Both the position numbers and the translations under genes were made by a program. From NCBI GenBank assembly GCA_041662785.1, contig JBAZRW010000003.1, forward strand, positions 142,531-206,530: DNA of 64,000 nt, written 5' to 3'. The DNA comes from Bdellovibrionales bacterium. Lineage in GTDB: Bacteria > Pseudomonadota > Alphaproteobacteria > UBA9219. Below are positions 1-10,124 of this stretch, one piece after another; the first letter of the stretch is position 1, and every line of letters begins with the position of its first letter. Under the pieces are notes generated by a model that saw nothing but the letters and a program-made list of their open reading frames with translations, did no database searches and was not told the origin of the DNA.

Positions 1-541
1 GATTGAAAAAGGTCATATCAAAATTAATGAGTGGAGCGCGACGGACGAAGCGGGCCTCTACGCTATTGGCGACGTAACCGCGCCGCCTTGGCTTGCGCAT
101 AAGGCCAGCCATGAGGGTGTGATCTGCGTTGAGAAAATTATGGGCGCGAAGGATGTTCATCCGCTTGATCTTGGGAACATTCCGGGCTGCACCTATTGCA
201 CGCCGCAGGTTGCCAGTGTCGGCATGAGCGAGGCGAAGGCCAAGGCCGCCGGGTATCAGGTTCGCGTTGGGCGTTTCAATTTTATGGGCAACGGCAAGGC
301 GATTGCGACGGGCGAGCCGGAAGGCATGGTCAAGACCGTGTTTGATGCCAAGACGGGCGCTTTGCTGGGCGCTCATATGGTCGGTGCGGAAGTGACCGAA
401 ATGATCCAAGGCTTTACGATTGGCCGCGCGCTTGAAACCACGGAAGCTGAGCTAATGCACACGGTCTTCCCGCATCCGACCATTTCGGAATCCATGCACG
501 AAGCGGTGCTGGATGCCTATGGCCGCGTGGTGCATATGTAA
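1..541 (+). CDS. lpdA: dihydrolipoyl dehydrogenase, C-terminal part (5' end outside window)
   Basis: Frame 2 is open from the window edge. The translated C-terminal dimerisation domain (HMVGAEVTEMIQGF...TVFPHPTISE) is typical of E3 lipoamide dehydrogenases. Stop at 539-541. Confidence 0.85.
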   Translation, partial: IEKGHIKINEWSATDEAGLYAIGDVTAPPWLAHKASHEGVICVEKIMGAKDVHPLDLGNIPGCTYCTPQVASVGMSEAKAKAAGYQVRVGRFNFMGNGKAIATGEPEGMVKTVFDAKTGALLGAHMVGAEVTEMIQGFTIGRALETTEAELMHTVFPHPTISESMHEAVLDAYGRVVHM

Positions 542-574
542 TACCAACAGCGATAAGAAAACTGACCCGCGAAG

Positions 575-690
575 AAAAAAAGAAAACGGGCCCCCCGCTT
601 ACGCGGGAATGATGGGGTTTGTGTTTAGTTTTCTCCCCATAACCGTCACCCCCGCGAAAGCGGGGGGCCCGTTTGTTTTTCTTCCTACGC
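575..690. repeat. MITE-like palindromic repeat, family A copy
   Basis: AGAAAACGGG-cccccgcttacgcggg-aatga ... gtcacccccgcgaaagcgggggg-CCCGTTTGTTTTTCT: inverted terminal arms, each holding a GNRA-loop hairpin. Same architecture as copies at 19535, 20413, 30466 and 44158. Confidence 0.7.
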
Positions 691-746
691 GAGTCATTTA
701 ATAGGCCCGTTTGTAAAAGCGTCCCCTTAAAAAAGGACACAAAAAA

Positions 747-768
747 GGGGGCCACGCGCCCCCTTTTT
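747..768. terminator. bidirectional rho-independent terminator between lpdA and the BI-1 gene
   Basis: GC hairpin GGGGGC-cacgc-GCCCCC flanked by an A6 run upstream and a T5 run downstream. Confidence 0.6.
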
Positions 769-788
769 CATAAGTTGTATCTCATCCG

Positions 789-1502
789 TTAGCGGCGATC
801 CCCTGTCAGGCTGAGAAGGAATTGGAACGCGTTGATGAAGTTAATGTACAGGCTCAGCGCGCCGATGACCGCGAGCTTGTTGTTCGCCTCATCGCCCCAG
901 CTGGCGTTATAGGTCTGCTTGATCCTTTGTGTGTCATAGGCGGTGAGGCCTGTGAAGATGACAACGCCCGCGACCGACACAATCCACTGCATCATGCTCG
1001 AGCCAATAAACAAATTGACCAGCATGGCGATGAACAGACCCATCACGCCCATCATCAAGAACGCGCCAAAGCTGGTGAGGTCTTTCTTAGACGTATAGCC
1101 CCACAAAGCCATACCACTAAAGGTCGCCCCTGTGATAAAGAAAGCCCGTGCGACACTGGCCCCCGTGAAGACCATGAAAATAGCGGCCATGGACAGGCCC
1201 ATCGTGGCGCAAAAGAGCCAGAAGAGCGTTTGGGCTCGCGCTGCGCTAATTGTGGCCATCTTGAAGTTTAGATAAAAAACAAAGCCGAGAGGCGCAAGCA
1301 TCGCTACCCATTTCAGCGGTGAGCCGAAAATGATCTGAGCTAGAGCCGTGTTGGCAACGATAAAGGCGACAAGACCTGTTAGGACAAGACCGCCCCCCAT
1401 ATAGTTAAACACACGCACCATATGCGCACGCAGCCCTTGATCAAACGTCATGGCGCGTGAAGGCGCAGAAGCGGTAGGATTACTGAAGAATGGATCGACC
1501 AT
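789..1502 (-). CDS. Bax-inhibitor-1/YccA family inner-membrane protein
   Basis: 237-aa ORF with about 7 predicted TM helices and the BI-1/TMBIM-like layout; conserved Q/D-rich C-terminal region (YDTQRIKQTY). Confidence 0.7.
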   Translation of the reverse strand: MVDPFFSNPTASAPSRAMTFDQGLRAHMVRVFNYMGGGLVLTGLVAFIVANTALAQIIFGSPLKWVAMLAPLGFVFYLNFKMATISAARAQTLFWLFCATMGLSMAAIFMVFTGASVARAFFITGATFSGMALWGYTSKKDLTSFGAFLMMGVMGLFIAMLVNLFIGSSMMQWIVSVAGVVIFTGLTAYDTQRIKQTYNASWGDEANNKLAVIGALSLYINFINAFQFLLSLTGDRR

Positions 1503-1726
1503 AGTGATCAGCCTTTCAAAAATAAGTTGGTGACAGTATTAATATGGGCGTATTTTTCAGTTTTTCAAGAGAAATCGAAAGGAATAAGGCGTATCAATAG
1601 GTTGCAAAAGAAATAAGGACGTTTTGCCTTTTTGGTGGCGCATTTTCGCCCACTTTGTATGATGGTTAGGAGCGGCCTCGCCGGATTCCGAATCCTTATA
1701 CCTAATACTATCGTTTTTAATACAGG

Positions 1727-3817
1727 ATGCTTGCTATGAAGATGTTATCACGCTTTTTTCTGATCGCGCTTATCGCGCTGACCCCCTTGCTGGCGCAGGC
1801 CATGCCTTACCGTGAGCCGCCGATTCCCGTACGGAAGGGCATTACCCCTATCGCCGCAGAAATCGGGCAGCAGTTGCAGGCTCTTGTGACGGGCGATCCT
1901 AATGCTGTCGATATTGAGCCAGAGGAAACCTTTGGCACGCGCGCGTTGGGACTTGTTCTTAATGCGTTCAAATTGGTGGGCAGCGAAGGCGCGACCTTCT
2001 TTGATAATTTTGCAGCGTTGCCACAATTAGCAACATGGCTTGCCCAGCAAGCTAATGACCCGATCCTGCAAGCGCGGTGGATCGATACGGGCGCTCTGTT
2101 GCTGCTTGTCATCGGCGCGTCTTTTGCTGCCGGATGGCTGGCCGATCTTGTCTTTCTGGCCCTGCGTCACAAGATATATCACGCGACCTTTAAATCGCCG
2201 TGGAGGCGCTTTGGCGCCATCATGGGCTGGCTGGGGATTTCGCTTATTCCCGTTGTTCTATTCATTGCTGTGGCGGTCTTTCTGATCGACGCGCAAGATC
2301 CCACCAAGCTTGCGCGCTATATCGTGATGACGGTTGTGTACGCGTTGGCCCTATTGCGCTTGGTGCGCGTTTTGTTGCGCTTTTTCCTTGCGCCGCACGC
2401 GATTTCCTTGCGCTTTTTGCCGATCACGACAGAAGTGGCCTTGACAGTTCAAAGCTGGATCACATGGCTGGCCTCGGTCATGGTCACGGGTTTCTTTACG
2501 GCTGAGATTGCCAAGACGGTCAAGGTTCCGATGGCCGCGATTTCCGGCTTCACAAACCTTGTTGCCCTTATCGTCGTGGCCATGACGGTAGCGGTGATCG
2601 TGCGCAAAAGGGTGGCGATCTCGGCCTTTATTCGCGGCGATTTGACGGCGACGGGGGCACGCCATTCCCTGACGGGTGGTATACGCCTGTGGTTGGCGCG
2701 AACGTGGCATGTTCTGGCTATCTTTTATCTTATTGTCGGTTACATTGTAACGATGCTTGGCGCTGGCGGCGGTTTTACACTGTTGCAAAAGGGAACAATT
2801 GGCACGCTTCTTTTCCTTCTGGCGATGCGTTTTGCTTTTTATTGGATAGCGAAGCTGAAGTACCGCAAGGCCAATTCTTCGATTAATGCTGGCCTTTATC
2901 GTCCCGTCATGGGCGTTTTGCTGAAGATTGTAACGTGGGCTTTGGGGATGGCGGGTATAGCAGCTTCATGGGGCGTGGATGTTCCCGCCCTAGTCGCTAG
3001 CCCGTGGGGGCAGCGCGTTTTAGGCTCGGTCTTTTCTATCACCTCGATGTTGCTAATTGTTGTCTTGGTCTATGAGCTGTTGCACGCAGCCATTGAGCGC
3101 AAGCTGAACAAGCGCGATGCGCATGGCCGTGCTGTTCAAGCCAACGCGCGTGCAAGAACAATTCTTCCCATGGTTAAAATAGCAGCGGTGATGGTTCTGG
3201 CTGTCATCGTCGGACTTGTGACGTTGTCCGAGCTTGGCATCAACATCGCGCCCCTTCTGGCGGGCGCTGGTATTCTTGGAGTCGCCATTGGTTTTGGCTC
3301 ACAAACGCTGGTGAAAGATTTTCTGACGGGTCTTTCGATTATTCTAGAGGACAATCTGGCCGTTGGCGATTGGGTGACCATTGGCGGGAACAGGGGCGTT
3401 GTCGAAAATCTGTCTATTCGTACGGTGCGGTTACGAGATATCAACGGATCGCTTCATATCATGCCTTTTAGTGCCATTTCGGTTATCACTAATGAATCGA
3501 AGATATTCTCCTATGCTATGATGGATGTCGGCGTTTCCTATGACAGCGATTTGGATAGAGTGATGGAAGTTATTCGGAAAACGGGCGATGTGTTGCAGGT
3601 TGATCCTGCTTTTCAAAGCATCATCTTAGAGTCAATAGAGGTGTTAGGCGTTGAGGCGCTAGGCGACTCCTCAATCGTGATCCGCAGCCGCATCAAGACG
3701 AAGGCGGGCAAGCATGCTGTTGTTCGCCGCGCATTCTTGCTGGCAATCAAAAAGGCCTTCGATGCCGAAAAGATTGAGATTCCGTTCCCGACAGTCAAGC
3801 ATGTGAATGCGGATTAG
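1727..3817 (+). CDS. mechanosensitive ion channel, MscS family (MscK/KefA-like large variant)
   Basis: 696 aa with an N-terminal signal peptide, multiple TM helices and a C-terminal MscS core (DFLTGLSIILED...GDWVTIGGNRGVVENLSIRTVRLRDINGSLHIMPFS). Confidence 0.8.
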   Translation: MLAMKMLSRFFLIALIALTPLLAQAMPYREPPIPVRKGITPIAAEIGQQLQALVTGDPNAVDIEPEETFGTRALGLVLNAFKLVGSEGATFFDNFAALPQLATWLAQQANDPILQARWIDTGALLLLVIGASFAAGWLADLVFLALRHKIYHATFKSPWRRFGAIMGWLGISLIPVVLFIAVAVFLIDAQDPTKLARYIVMTVVYALALLRLVRVLLRFFLAPHAISLRFLPITTEVALTVQSWITWLASVMVTGFFTAEIAKTVKVPMAAISGFTNLVALIVVAMTVAVIVRKRVAISAFIRGDLTATGARHSLTGGIRLWLARTWHVLAIFYLIVGYIVTMLGAGGGFTLLQKGTIGTLLFLLAMRFAFYWIAKLKYRKANSSINAGLYRPVMGVLLKIVTWALGMAGIAASWGVDVPALVASPWGQRVLGSVFSITSMLLIVVLVYELLHAAIERKLNKRDAHGRAVQANARARTILPMVKIAAVMVLAVIVGLVTLSELGINIAPLLAGAGILGVAIGFGSQTLVKDFLTGLSIILEDNLAVGDWVTIGGNRGVVENLSIRTVRLRDINGSLHIMPFSAISVITNESKIFSYAMMDVGVSYDSDLDRVMEVIRKTGDVLQVDPAFQSIILESIEVLGVEALGDSSIVIRSRIKTKAGKHAVVRRAFLLAIKKAFDAEKIEIPFPTVKHVNAD

Positions 3818-4644
3818 CAGCGCTTATGCGCGCCTTGGGCAAGGGCGGCGGTAAAGGACAGAACCTCGCGCACAAGACCTTCGCGGGGATTGCCTGCGCC
3901 GTCCAAGCGCTTGGCGATATGCGTCATGATGGCGCTGCCTACGATCACGGCATCGGCGGCGCTTGCCATTTCATGGGCTTGCTCTGGCGTGCTGACACCA
4001 AAACCAATTGCGATGGGGAGCGTAGATTTCTCGCGCACACGCCCGATCAGATTGCCAAGGGAGGCGGCGGTTGCGGTGGCCGCCCCCGTAATGCCCGCAA
4101 TAGAAACGCAGTATAAAAAGCCTTGAGCGTCTTTAAGAACTGTCGGTAAGCGTCCCGCGTCTGTCGTTGGCGTCACAAGACGGATCATCAACATATCGCG
4201 CTGAGCGGCGGGAAGGCGGAACTCCGCATCCTCTTCGGGAGGCAAATCGGGGATGATAAAAGCGTCCACGCCCGCTTTTCTGGCATCGTCCAGAAAGCGC
4301 ATGATGCCATAGCTGTAAATTGGGTTGTAATAGCCCATCAGGATGATCGGCGTTTCGTTATCCGTTTTACGGAAGTCACGCACCATGTTCAAAATCTTAG
4401 GAACCGTGATGCCCGCTTTAAAGGCTTGCAGGTTCGCGGTCTGAATCGCAGGGCCATCCGCCATCGGGTCGCTGAACGGCATGCCGATTTCGATGATATC
4501 CGCGCCAGCCTTGGGAAAGCCTGCGAGGATCTCAGGGTAAAGCTCAAGGTTCGGGTAGCCCGCCGTGGCAAAGGGGATAAAGGCCTTTTGCCCCGCTTTT
4601 TTCAAGGTGGCGAACCGTGCGTCGAGGCGATTGATTGTGTCCAT
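3814..4644 (-). CDS. trpA: tryptophan synthase alpha chain
   Basis: 276 aa; TrpA motifs (FIPFATAGYP, EIGMPFSDPMADGPAIQ). Start overlaps the trpB stop. Confidence 0.9.
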   Translation of the reverse strand: MDTINRLDARFATLKKAGQKAFIPFATAGYPNLELYPEILAGFPKAGADIIEIGMPFSDPMADGPAIQTANLQAFKAGITVPKILNMVRDFRKTDNETPIILMGYYNPIYSYGIMRFLDDARKAGVDAFIIPDLPPEEDAEFRLPAAQRDMLMIRLVTPTTDAGRLPTVLKDAQGFLYCVSIAGITGAATATAASLGNLIGRVREKSTLPIAIGFGVSTPEQAHEMASAADAVIVGSAIMTHIAKRLDGAGNPREGLVREVLSFTAALAQGAHKRC

Positions 4645-5885
4645 TAGATTATGACTCCAAGGCGGTCGGCGACAGTAAAGATATCCTTGTCCCCGCGTCC
4701 TGACAGGTTGATGACCATAAGATGATCTTTAGGGAGCGTCGGCGCGATCTTGGCGACATAGGCCAGCGCATGCGAAGGCTCTAGCGCTGGAATAATGCCC
4801 TCTAACTTGCTGCAAAGCTGGAAGGCCTCAACGGCTTCATCATCGGTGATCGAGACATAGGACACGCGACCATTATCGTGCAGCCACGCATGCTCTGGCC
4901 CTACGCCCGGATAATCGAGGCCTGCCGAGATGGAATGAGCCTCTTGAATCTGGCCGTCCTCGTTCTGCAAGAAATAGCTGCGCATGCCGTGAAGGATTCC
5001 AGCGCGACCCCCTGTTAGGGCGGCAGCGTGCATGCCCGTCGCAATGCCATGACCGGCGGCCTCAACCGCATGAATGGCGATGCTGGGTTCATTTAAAAAC
5101 TCGTGGAAGAGGCCCATGGCGTTCGATCCGCCGCCAACGCAGGCGACCAGCGAGTCCGGCAGGCGGCCTTCGGCCTCCATCATTTGCTCACGCACTTCGC
5201 GTCCGATGATGGATTGAAAATCGCGCACCATGGCGGGGTAGGGGTGAGGCCCGCCGACCGTGCCGATGATATAGAACGTGTCATCGACATGGCTGACCCA
5301 ATCACGCAAGGCTTCGTTCATCGCGTCCTTGAGCGAGCGTGAGCCACTTTTGACCGCGCGAACCTCTGCGCCCAGAAGGCGCATACGAAAGACGTTGGGG
5401 CGCTGACGCTCAATGTCCAGCTCGCCCATATACACAACGCAAGGCAGGTTGAAGAGCGCGGCGACGGTAGCCGTGGCCACGCCATGCTGACCCGCGCCTG
5501 TCTCGGCAATAATGCGGGTCTTGCCCATCCGCTTGGCCAGTAAGATTTGCCCCATGCAGTGATTGATCTTATGAGCGCCTGTATGGTTCAGCTCTTCGCG
5601 CTTCAAGTATATTTTCGCGCCGCCAAACTTTTCCGTCAGGCGCGGTGCGTAGTAAAGAGGCGAGGGACGGCCAACGTAATGCTTCAAGTAATAATCCAGC
5701 TCTTTTTGAAAGGCGGGATCGTCCTTGGTGGCGTTATAGGCTTTCTCAACCTCTAACACCAAAGGCATCAGAGTCTCGGCGACAAACCGCCCGCCATAGG
5801 GGCCGAAATGACCTTGCTCGTCAGGCACGCTGTGCAGTGTTTCCGTATCGGATAATATGTTTTTCATGGACGGCAGATTAGACAA
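4644..5885 (-). CDS. trpB: tryptophan synthase beta chain
   Basis: 413 aa; PLP-site motif [13 protein letters not shown] and GGGSNAMG. Confidence 0.95.
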   Translation of the reverse strand: MSNLPSMKNILSDTETLHSVPDEQGHFGPYGGRFVAETLMPLVLEVEKAYNATKDDPAFQKELDYYLKHYVGRPSPLYYAPRLTEKFGGAKIYLKREELNHTGAHKINHCMGQILLAKRMGKTRIIAETGAGQHGVATATVAALFNLPCVVYMGELDIERQRPNVFRMRLLGAEVRAVKSGSRSLKDAMNEALRDWVSHVDDTFYIIGTVGGPHPYPAMVRDFQSIIGREVREQMMEAEGRLPDSLVACVGGGSNAMGLFHEFLNEPSIAIHAVEAAGHGIATGMHAAALTGGRAGILHGMRSYFLQNEDGQIQEAHSISAGLDYPGVGPEHAWLHDNGRVSYVSITDDEAVEAFQLCSKLEGIIPALEPSHALAYVAKIAPTLPKDHLMVINLSGRGDKDIFTVADRLGVII

Positions 5886-5911
5886 AAGGAATGGAGAAAG
5901 AAAGGGTTAAA

Positions 5912-5949
5912 AAGAATAGGGGCGCTTGTGAAAAGCGCCCCTATTCTTT
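5912..5949. terminator. bidirectional hairpin terminator (14-bp stem) between the SBP gene and trpB
   Basis: AAGAATAGGGGCGC-ttgtgaaaa-GCGCCCCTATTCTT followed by TTTTT; an A/T run is present on the other side too. Confidence 0.6.
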
Positions 5950-5970
5950 TTCTGTCTGCTGTTGCGCTCT

Positions 5971-6031
5971 ATTGTCCGCTACCACCCGTTAGGCGTTTCC
6001 ACCAGCCGCCTTTGGGCTGATCGCCACCGGA
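5971..6031. repeat. 61-bp direct repeat, copy 1 (duplicate of the rne 3' end)
   Basis: Identical to 6917-6977; it would encode the last ~20 residues of RNase E (NPSGGDQPKGGWWKRLTGGSGQ*). Confidence 0.9.
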
Positions 6032-6035
6032 GGGG

Positions 6036-6893
6036 TTAATTATTGCTGTGTCGGTAGGGGGTGGAGACACGGGGAAAAGCATCTCGAACGGGCTCGTATT
6101 TCTTAAGAATACGATCCATCTGACCACTGTAGACAATCTCCTGCATTGCGTAATCAAGAAACTCCTTTGTTTCATAATCGCCTTTTTTGACGACCAAGGC
6201 GTTTCCAAAAATCCGTAATGGTTTGTCGATGCCGAGGGAGCGAACTGTCCCCGGATTCTTTTGCAAAAACTCGGCAGCCATGGAAGGTTCGGCAAAAATA
6301 ACATCAGCTTTCTTCGTCACAACATTCTCAAAGTTTTGTGAAAACTGAGCTGTGTCAGGTAATGAGACACGCTCTAGCTCTGAAAAATCCGCACGGGCGA
6401 TAGAATCCTCCATCGCGCCATCGACGACCGATAACCGCGCCTTTGCCGTTCTAAGATCATCAAGCGTGTGAAACCGATTATCATCTGAACGAACCCACGC
6501 TTGAATGGTGCTGTAAAAGGCTGGCTGAGAGAAGGAAGCAGCCAAAGCGCGGCTAGCATTCGGCCACAGTCCGCCGCAGAAAACATCAAAACGACCCGCA
6601 TCCAATCCGGGCATGATGTTCTGAAAACCGACTTCTTCGGCCCATCGAATGCGCAAATCGGCATTACGACCAATTTGCTCCATGATGTCATAGAAAATGC
6701 CTGACAACTTTCCTGTGTTGGGGTCGAGGCGAATATACGGGGAATAGACCAGATATCCGCAACTGATCTCATGTGATGCGCGGATATGGTGCAGCGTTGA
6801 GGCGTTTCCATTTGCGTTTTGCTCTTGCGGTTTGCATCCACCAAGGAGTGAGATGCAAACGATAACTGCAAGTGATGCTTTACGAAAACTCAT
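6036..6893 (-). CDS. solute-binding protein family 3 (amino-acid ABC-type periplasmic binding protein-like) lipoprotein, orphan
   Basis: 285 aa with signal peptide plus lipobox (LLGGC) and the SBP_bac_3 fold pattern. ~40% identical to the paralogue at 24392-25252. No permease or ATPase genes adjacent. Confidence 0.7.
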   Translation of the reverse strand: MSFRKASLAVIVCISLLGGCKPQEQNANGNASTLHHIRASHEISCGYLVYSPYIRLDPNTGKLSGIFYDIMEQIGRNADLRIRWAEEVGFQNIMPGLDAGRFDVFCGGLWPNASRALAASFSQPAFYSTIQAWVRSDDNRFHTLDDLRTAKARLSVVDGAMEDSIARADFSELERVSLPDTAQFSQNFENVVTKKADVIFAEPSMAAEFLQKNPGTVRSLGIDKPLRIFGNALVVKKGDYETKEFLDYAMQEIVYSGQMDRILKKYEPVRDAFPRVSTPYRHSNN

Positions 6894-6914
6894 GTCCCCT
6901 CCTGTTAAAGCATC

Positions 6915-9494
6915 TTATTGTCCGCTACCACCCGTTAGGCGTTTCCACCAGCCGCCTTTGGGCTGATCGCCACCGGATGGGTTAACAACTTCATAGGATG
7001 AAGAGCCTTGTCCGACGGGTCTTGGTGTTGTGTCAAGATCATGAATGCTGGTTGGAATGAACGGCTTTGGCGCAGCGGCGCGTTCATGAGAGGCGCGTGG
7101 AGGGCGGCCTCCGCCATTCCCATTCCCCGTTGCGGGTGCAGCAGCGGCTTCGCCTGCTTCACGAGGCTCCCCGCCATTGCGGCGGCGACCACCGCGACGA
7201 CCACGACGGCGACGGCTCTTGCCATCAGGATCAGTATCCTGCTCTTGCGCCGAGGGGCGAGGCGATGATTGCAAATCTTCGCCCAGATCAAGGGAGGACG
7301 TGTTCGCTTCAGGAGAAGCAAAAGGATCATCCGTGGATGCACGCGGCGTTTCACTGCCTCGCCCTCCACGACGGCTTGTGCTGGGGCGGCCCGCGCGATC
7401 ATGTTTGCGGAAACGGCTGCGGCCCCCGCGGCGGCCTGTTCCTTCGGTTGAGCCTTCCTCTTGCGAGGGTGAGGGCGAGGAGTCCCCCTCAGTCTCATCA
7501 CGGGACTCGTCATGCGAGAAGAGTGGCATATCGCGTTCGGTATCAGCAATGACCTGATCCGCGTTCACAGCCGGTTCGGCGCGGCGAGACGTGGGGCGAC
7601 CCTTGGCGCGTTCCAACTTATAACCCGGAGGCGGGATCGCGTCGTCGTTTTGAATGACGATGGTCAGACCGTAGCGCGATTCTAAGGAGCCAACTGCGTC
7701 GCGCTTGTGGTTAAGGATATAGACGGCGACGTTGGTCGGAATTTGAACCGTGATCTCATTCGTGCGTTGCTTGATGGCTTCTTCTTCAATAGCGCGAAGA
7801 ATGGATAGCGCCGCCGAGTCAGGCGAGCGAATATAGCCAGAGCCGGAGCAATGCGGGCATTTCTCAAAGTTGATTTCAATCAGGCTGGGGCGCAGACGTT
7901 GGCGCGACAGTTCCAGCAAACCGAAGGGTGAGATGCGGCCAATTTGCAAACGCGCACGGTCATTCTTCATCGATTCTTTGATGCGGCGTTCGACGGCGGC
8001 GTTATTGCGGCCATCTTCCATATCGATGAAATCGATAACGACTAGACCTGCCAGATCGCGAAGGCGCAGTTGGCGTGCGATTTCTTCGGCGGCCTCAAGA
8101 TTGGTTTTAACCGCCGTTTCCTCAATATGGCGTTCACGCGTGGCGCGGCCAGAGTTCACGTCGATGGACACCAGCGCTTCGGTCGGGTTGATGACCAAAT
8201 AGCCGCCAGAGCGTAGCTGCACAATCGGGCTGTTGAGCGTATCAATTTGGTTTTCCACTTGGAAGCGGATAAACAGCGGCGTCGGATCGTTATAGAGCTT
8301 AACCTTGTCGGCCTGATCGGGCATGACGGCGCGTATAAACTCGTGCGCTTTTTCAAAGCCCTCTTGGCCTGCAATCAAAATCTCGGCGATGTCTTGCGTG
8401 TACAAATCACGCACCGAGCGCTTGATTAGGTTCGCTTCCTCATAAATCAGCGTCGGTGCGCTGGAGGCCAGCGTTTGTTCGCGGATGCTGTCCCACATGG
8501 ACAAAAGATATTCCAAATCGCGCTGAATGTCGGGCGGATCCTGTTCCATGCCCGCCGTGCGCAAGATGACGGCCATGCCTTCGGGGATTTCCAGTTGATC
8601 CAGAATCTCCTTCATACGGCGACGGTCTTGGTGATTGGTAATTTTGCGTGAGACGCCGCCACCGTGATCTGTGTTGGGCATCAAAACACAATAGCGTCCG
8701 GCAAGTGACAGGAAGCTGGTCAAGGCTGCGCCTTTATTCCCGCGCTCTTCCTTCACAACCTGAATGAGCATGACTTGGCCGCGCTTTAGGACTTCTTGAA
8801 TCTTATAGCGGGGGCGATGCTGGCGCACGATGCGCTCGGTCACTTCGCCGCCAACGCTTTCGGGCGGCGCTTCGGGCATTGCGACCTCGGTCAGCGACCC
8901 CCCCCCGATAGCGGCGTTGCCAAAATCTGTGATCAGGCCGACGCTTGTGTCCTCATCGCCAAACGCATGAGCCAAGCTGCTAATAGGGGCAGACGACGGC
9001 TGGGCGGTTGGGGCTGCGGAAGACTCCTCCGCCAAAAGAGCTTCCTCAACGGGAGCTTCATCCTCGGTTGGAGACGTTGTGGCCTTATCTTGCGTGTAGT
9101 CTTTGTCGTCGTCATCGGCCTCATCAGGAGCGGAATCGTTCCCGTTAAGCTCAGAGTCGATATCCGTATCCTCTTGGTCTTCTTCGTCCATAGAGTCGTC
9201 GTCCGACTCTTCCTCATCATGGGGGCGATCCGCCATGGGGATGCGGAAGTAATCGGGATGGATTTCGCTGAAGGGCAAGAAGCCGTGGCGGTTGCCGCCG
9301 TACTCGACAAAAGCGGCCTGCAAGGACGGCTCAATGCGCATGACCTTGGCCAGATAGATATTGCCCCGCAAGATAGGCTTGCTGGCCAAACTAAAGTCAA
9401 GATCTTCTAATCTATTGTTATCTCTATAGCTTTCGACAATTGCTATACGAGTCTCTTCGGGATGCATGGCATCCACCAACATTCTTTTCGTCAT
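6915..9494 (-). CDS. rne: ribonuclease E
   Basis: 859 aa. N-terminal S1 domain interrupted by a long acidic insertion (DEEESDDDSMDEEDQED...), as in alphaproteobacterial RNase E. Catalytic core present (DFIDMED..., CPHCSGSGYIRS zinc-link). Arg-rich C-terminal scaffold. Confidence 0.9.
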   Translation of the reverse strand: MTKRMLVDAMHPEETRIAIVESYRDNNRLEDLDFSLASKPILRGNIYLAKVMRIEPSLQAAFVEYGGNRHGFLPFSEIHPDYFRIPMADRPHDEEESDDDSMDEEDQEDTDIDSELNGNDSAPDEADDDDKDYTQDKATTSPTEDEAPVEEALLAEESSAAPTAQPSSAPISSLAHAFGDEDTSVGLITDFGNAAIGGGSLTEVAMPEAPPESVGGEVTERIVRQHRPRYKIQEVLKRGQVMLIQVVKEERGNKGAALTSFLSLAGRYCVLMPNTDHGGGVSRKITNHQDRRRMKEILDQLEIPEGMAVILRTAGMEQDPPDIQRDLEYLLSMWDSIREQTLASSAPTLIYEEANLIKRSVRDLYTQDIAEILIAGQEGFEKAHEFIRAVMPDQADKVKLYNDPTPLFIRFQVENQIDTLNSPIVQLRSGGYLVINPTEALVSIDVNSGRATRERHIEETAVKTNLEAAEEIARQLRLRDLAGLVVIDFIDMEDGRNNAAVERRIKESMKNDRARLQIGRISPFGLLELSRQRLRPSLIEINFEKCPHCSGSGYIRSPDSAALSILRAIEEEAIKQRTNEITVQIPTNVAVYILNHKRDAVGSLESRYGLTIVIQNDDAIPPPGYKLERAKGRPTSRRAEPAVNADQVIADTERDMPLFSHDESRDETEGDSSPSPSQEEGSTEGTGRRGGRSRFRKHDRAGRPSTSRRGGRGSETPRASTDDPFASPEANTSSLDLGEDLQSSPRPSAQEQDTDPDGKSRRRRGRRGGRRRNGGEPREAGEAAAAPATGNGNGGGRPPRASHERAAAPKPFIPTSIHDLDTTPRPVGQGSSSYEVVNPSGGDQPKGGWWKRLTGGSGQ
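6917..6977. repeat. 61-bp direct repeat, copy 2 (native rne 3' end)
   Basis: Perfect match to 5971-6031. Confidence 0.9.
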
Positions 9495-10124
9495 TTATTT
9501 CTCCTACCGGCTTGTCGCGATAGAGCTTATAAAAGCATCTTACGCGCCAGCGTCCGGCAAATTCGTTACCCAAAAAACACAGGCGCCTTCTGACATCGGG
9601 GATTGGGAATACCCAAATCAGGGTTATAGGAGCGCCTATGAGCGCTTTGGCCACCGACATCTTGTTCATGCGCTTTGAGTTATTGTTTTGACTCTATTAA
9701 AGGGTCAACGCAGAAAAAGGTTCCGGCTTTCTTAAGCACTTTTTTGATCATAAACACAAAAGAGCCTTGACGCAATCGCTTATTGGGCTAATTTTTCCCG
9801 TTCCGCAAATAACGCTAATTCTTTGATTGTAAACGAAGAAATATCAAAGGCTTCATATATAGGAATATATGGCTATGTTTTTATGATAATATGACTATAT
9901 GCCTAAAAATAATTTTTTAAAGTCCTAAATAGGTTGAATTTTATAAAATAAATTCCTTGAAAAAGGCTTAAAAAGCCGCCATACCCCCTTGACAATATCC
10001 TATAGGGTAGGAGGACATCGCCACGCACTCTTATGAGAGTGGGGCAAGTGTCCTTTATTTTGTTTTTGTTTAAGGGCGCTCCCATTTAAGGCGACGCGCC
10101 CGTTCGATGAAGAAAGAGGATACC

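Noticed and set aside
9989-10017. Candidate sigma-70 promoter for rpoB (TTGACA at 9989-9994)
   Set aside because: No acceptable -10 hexamer at 16-19-nt spacing (TATAGG is only 6 nt away). Without a TSS map this is not supportable.
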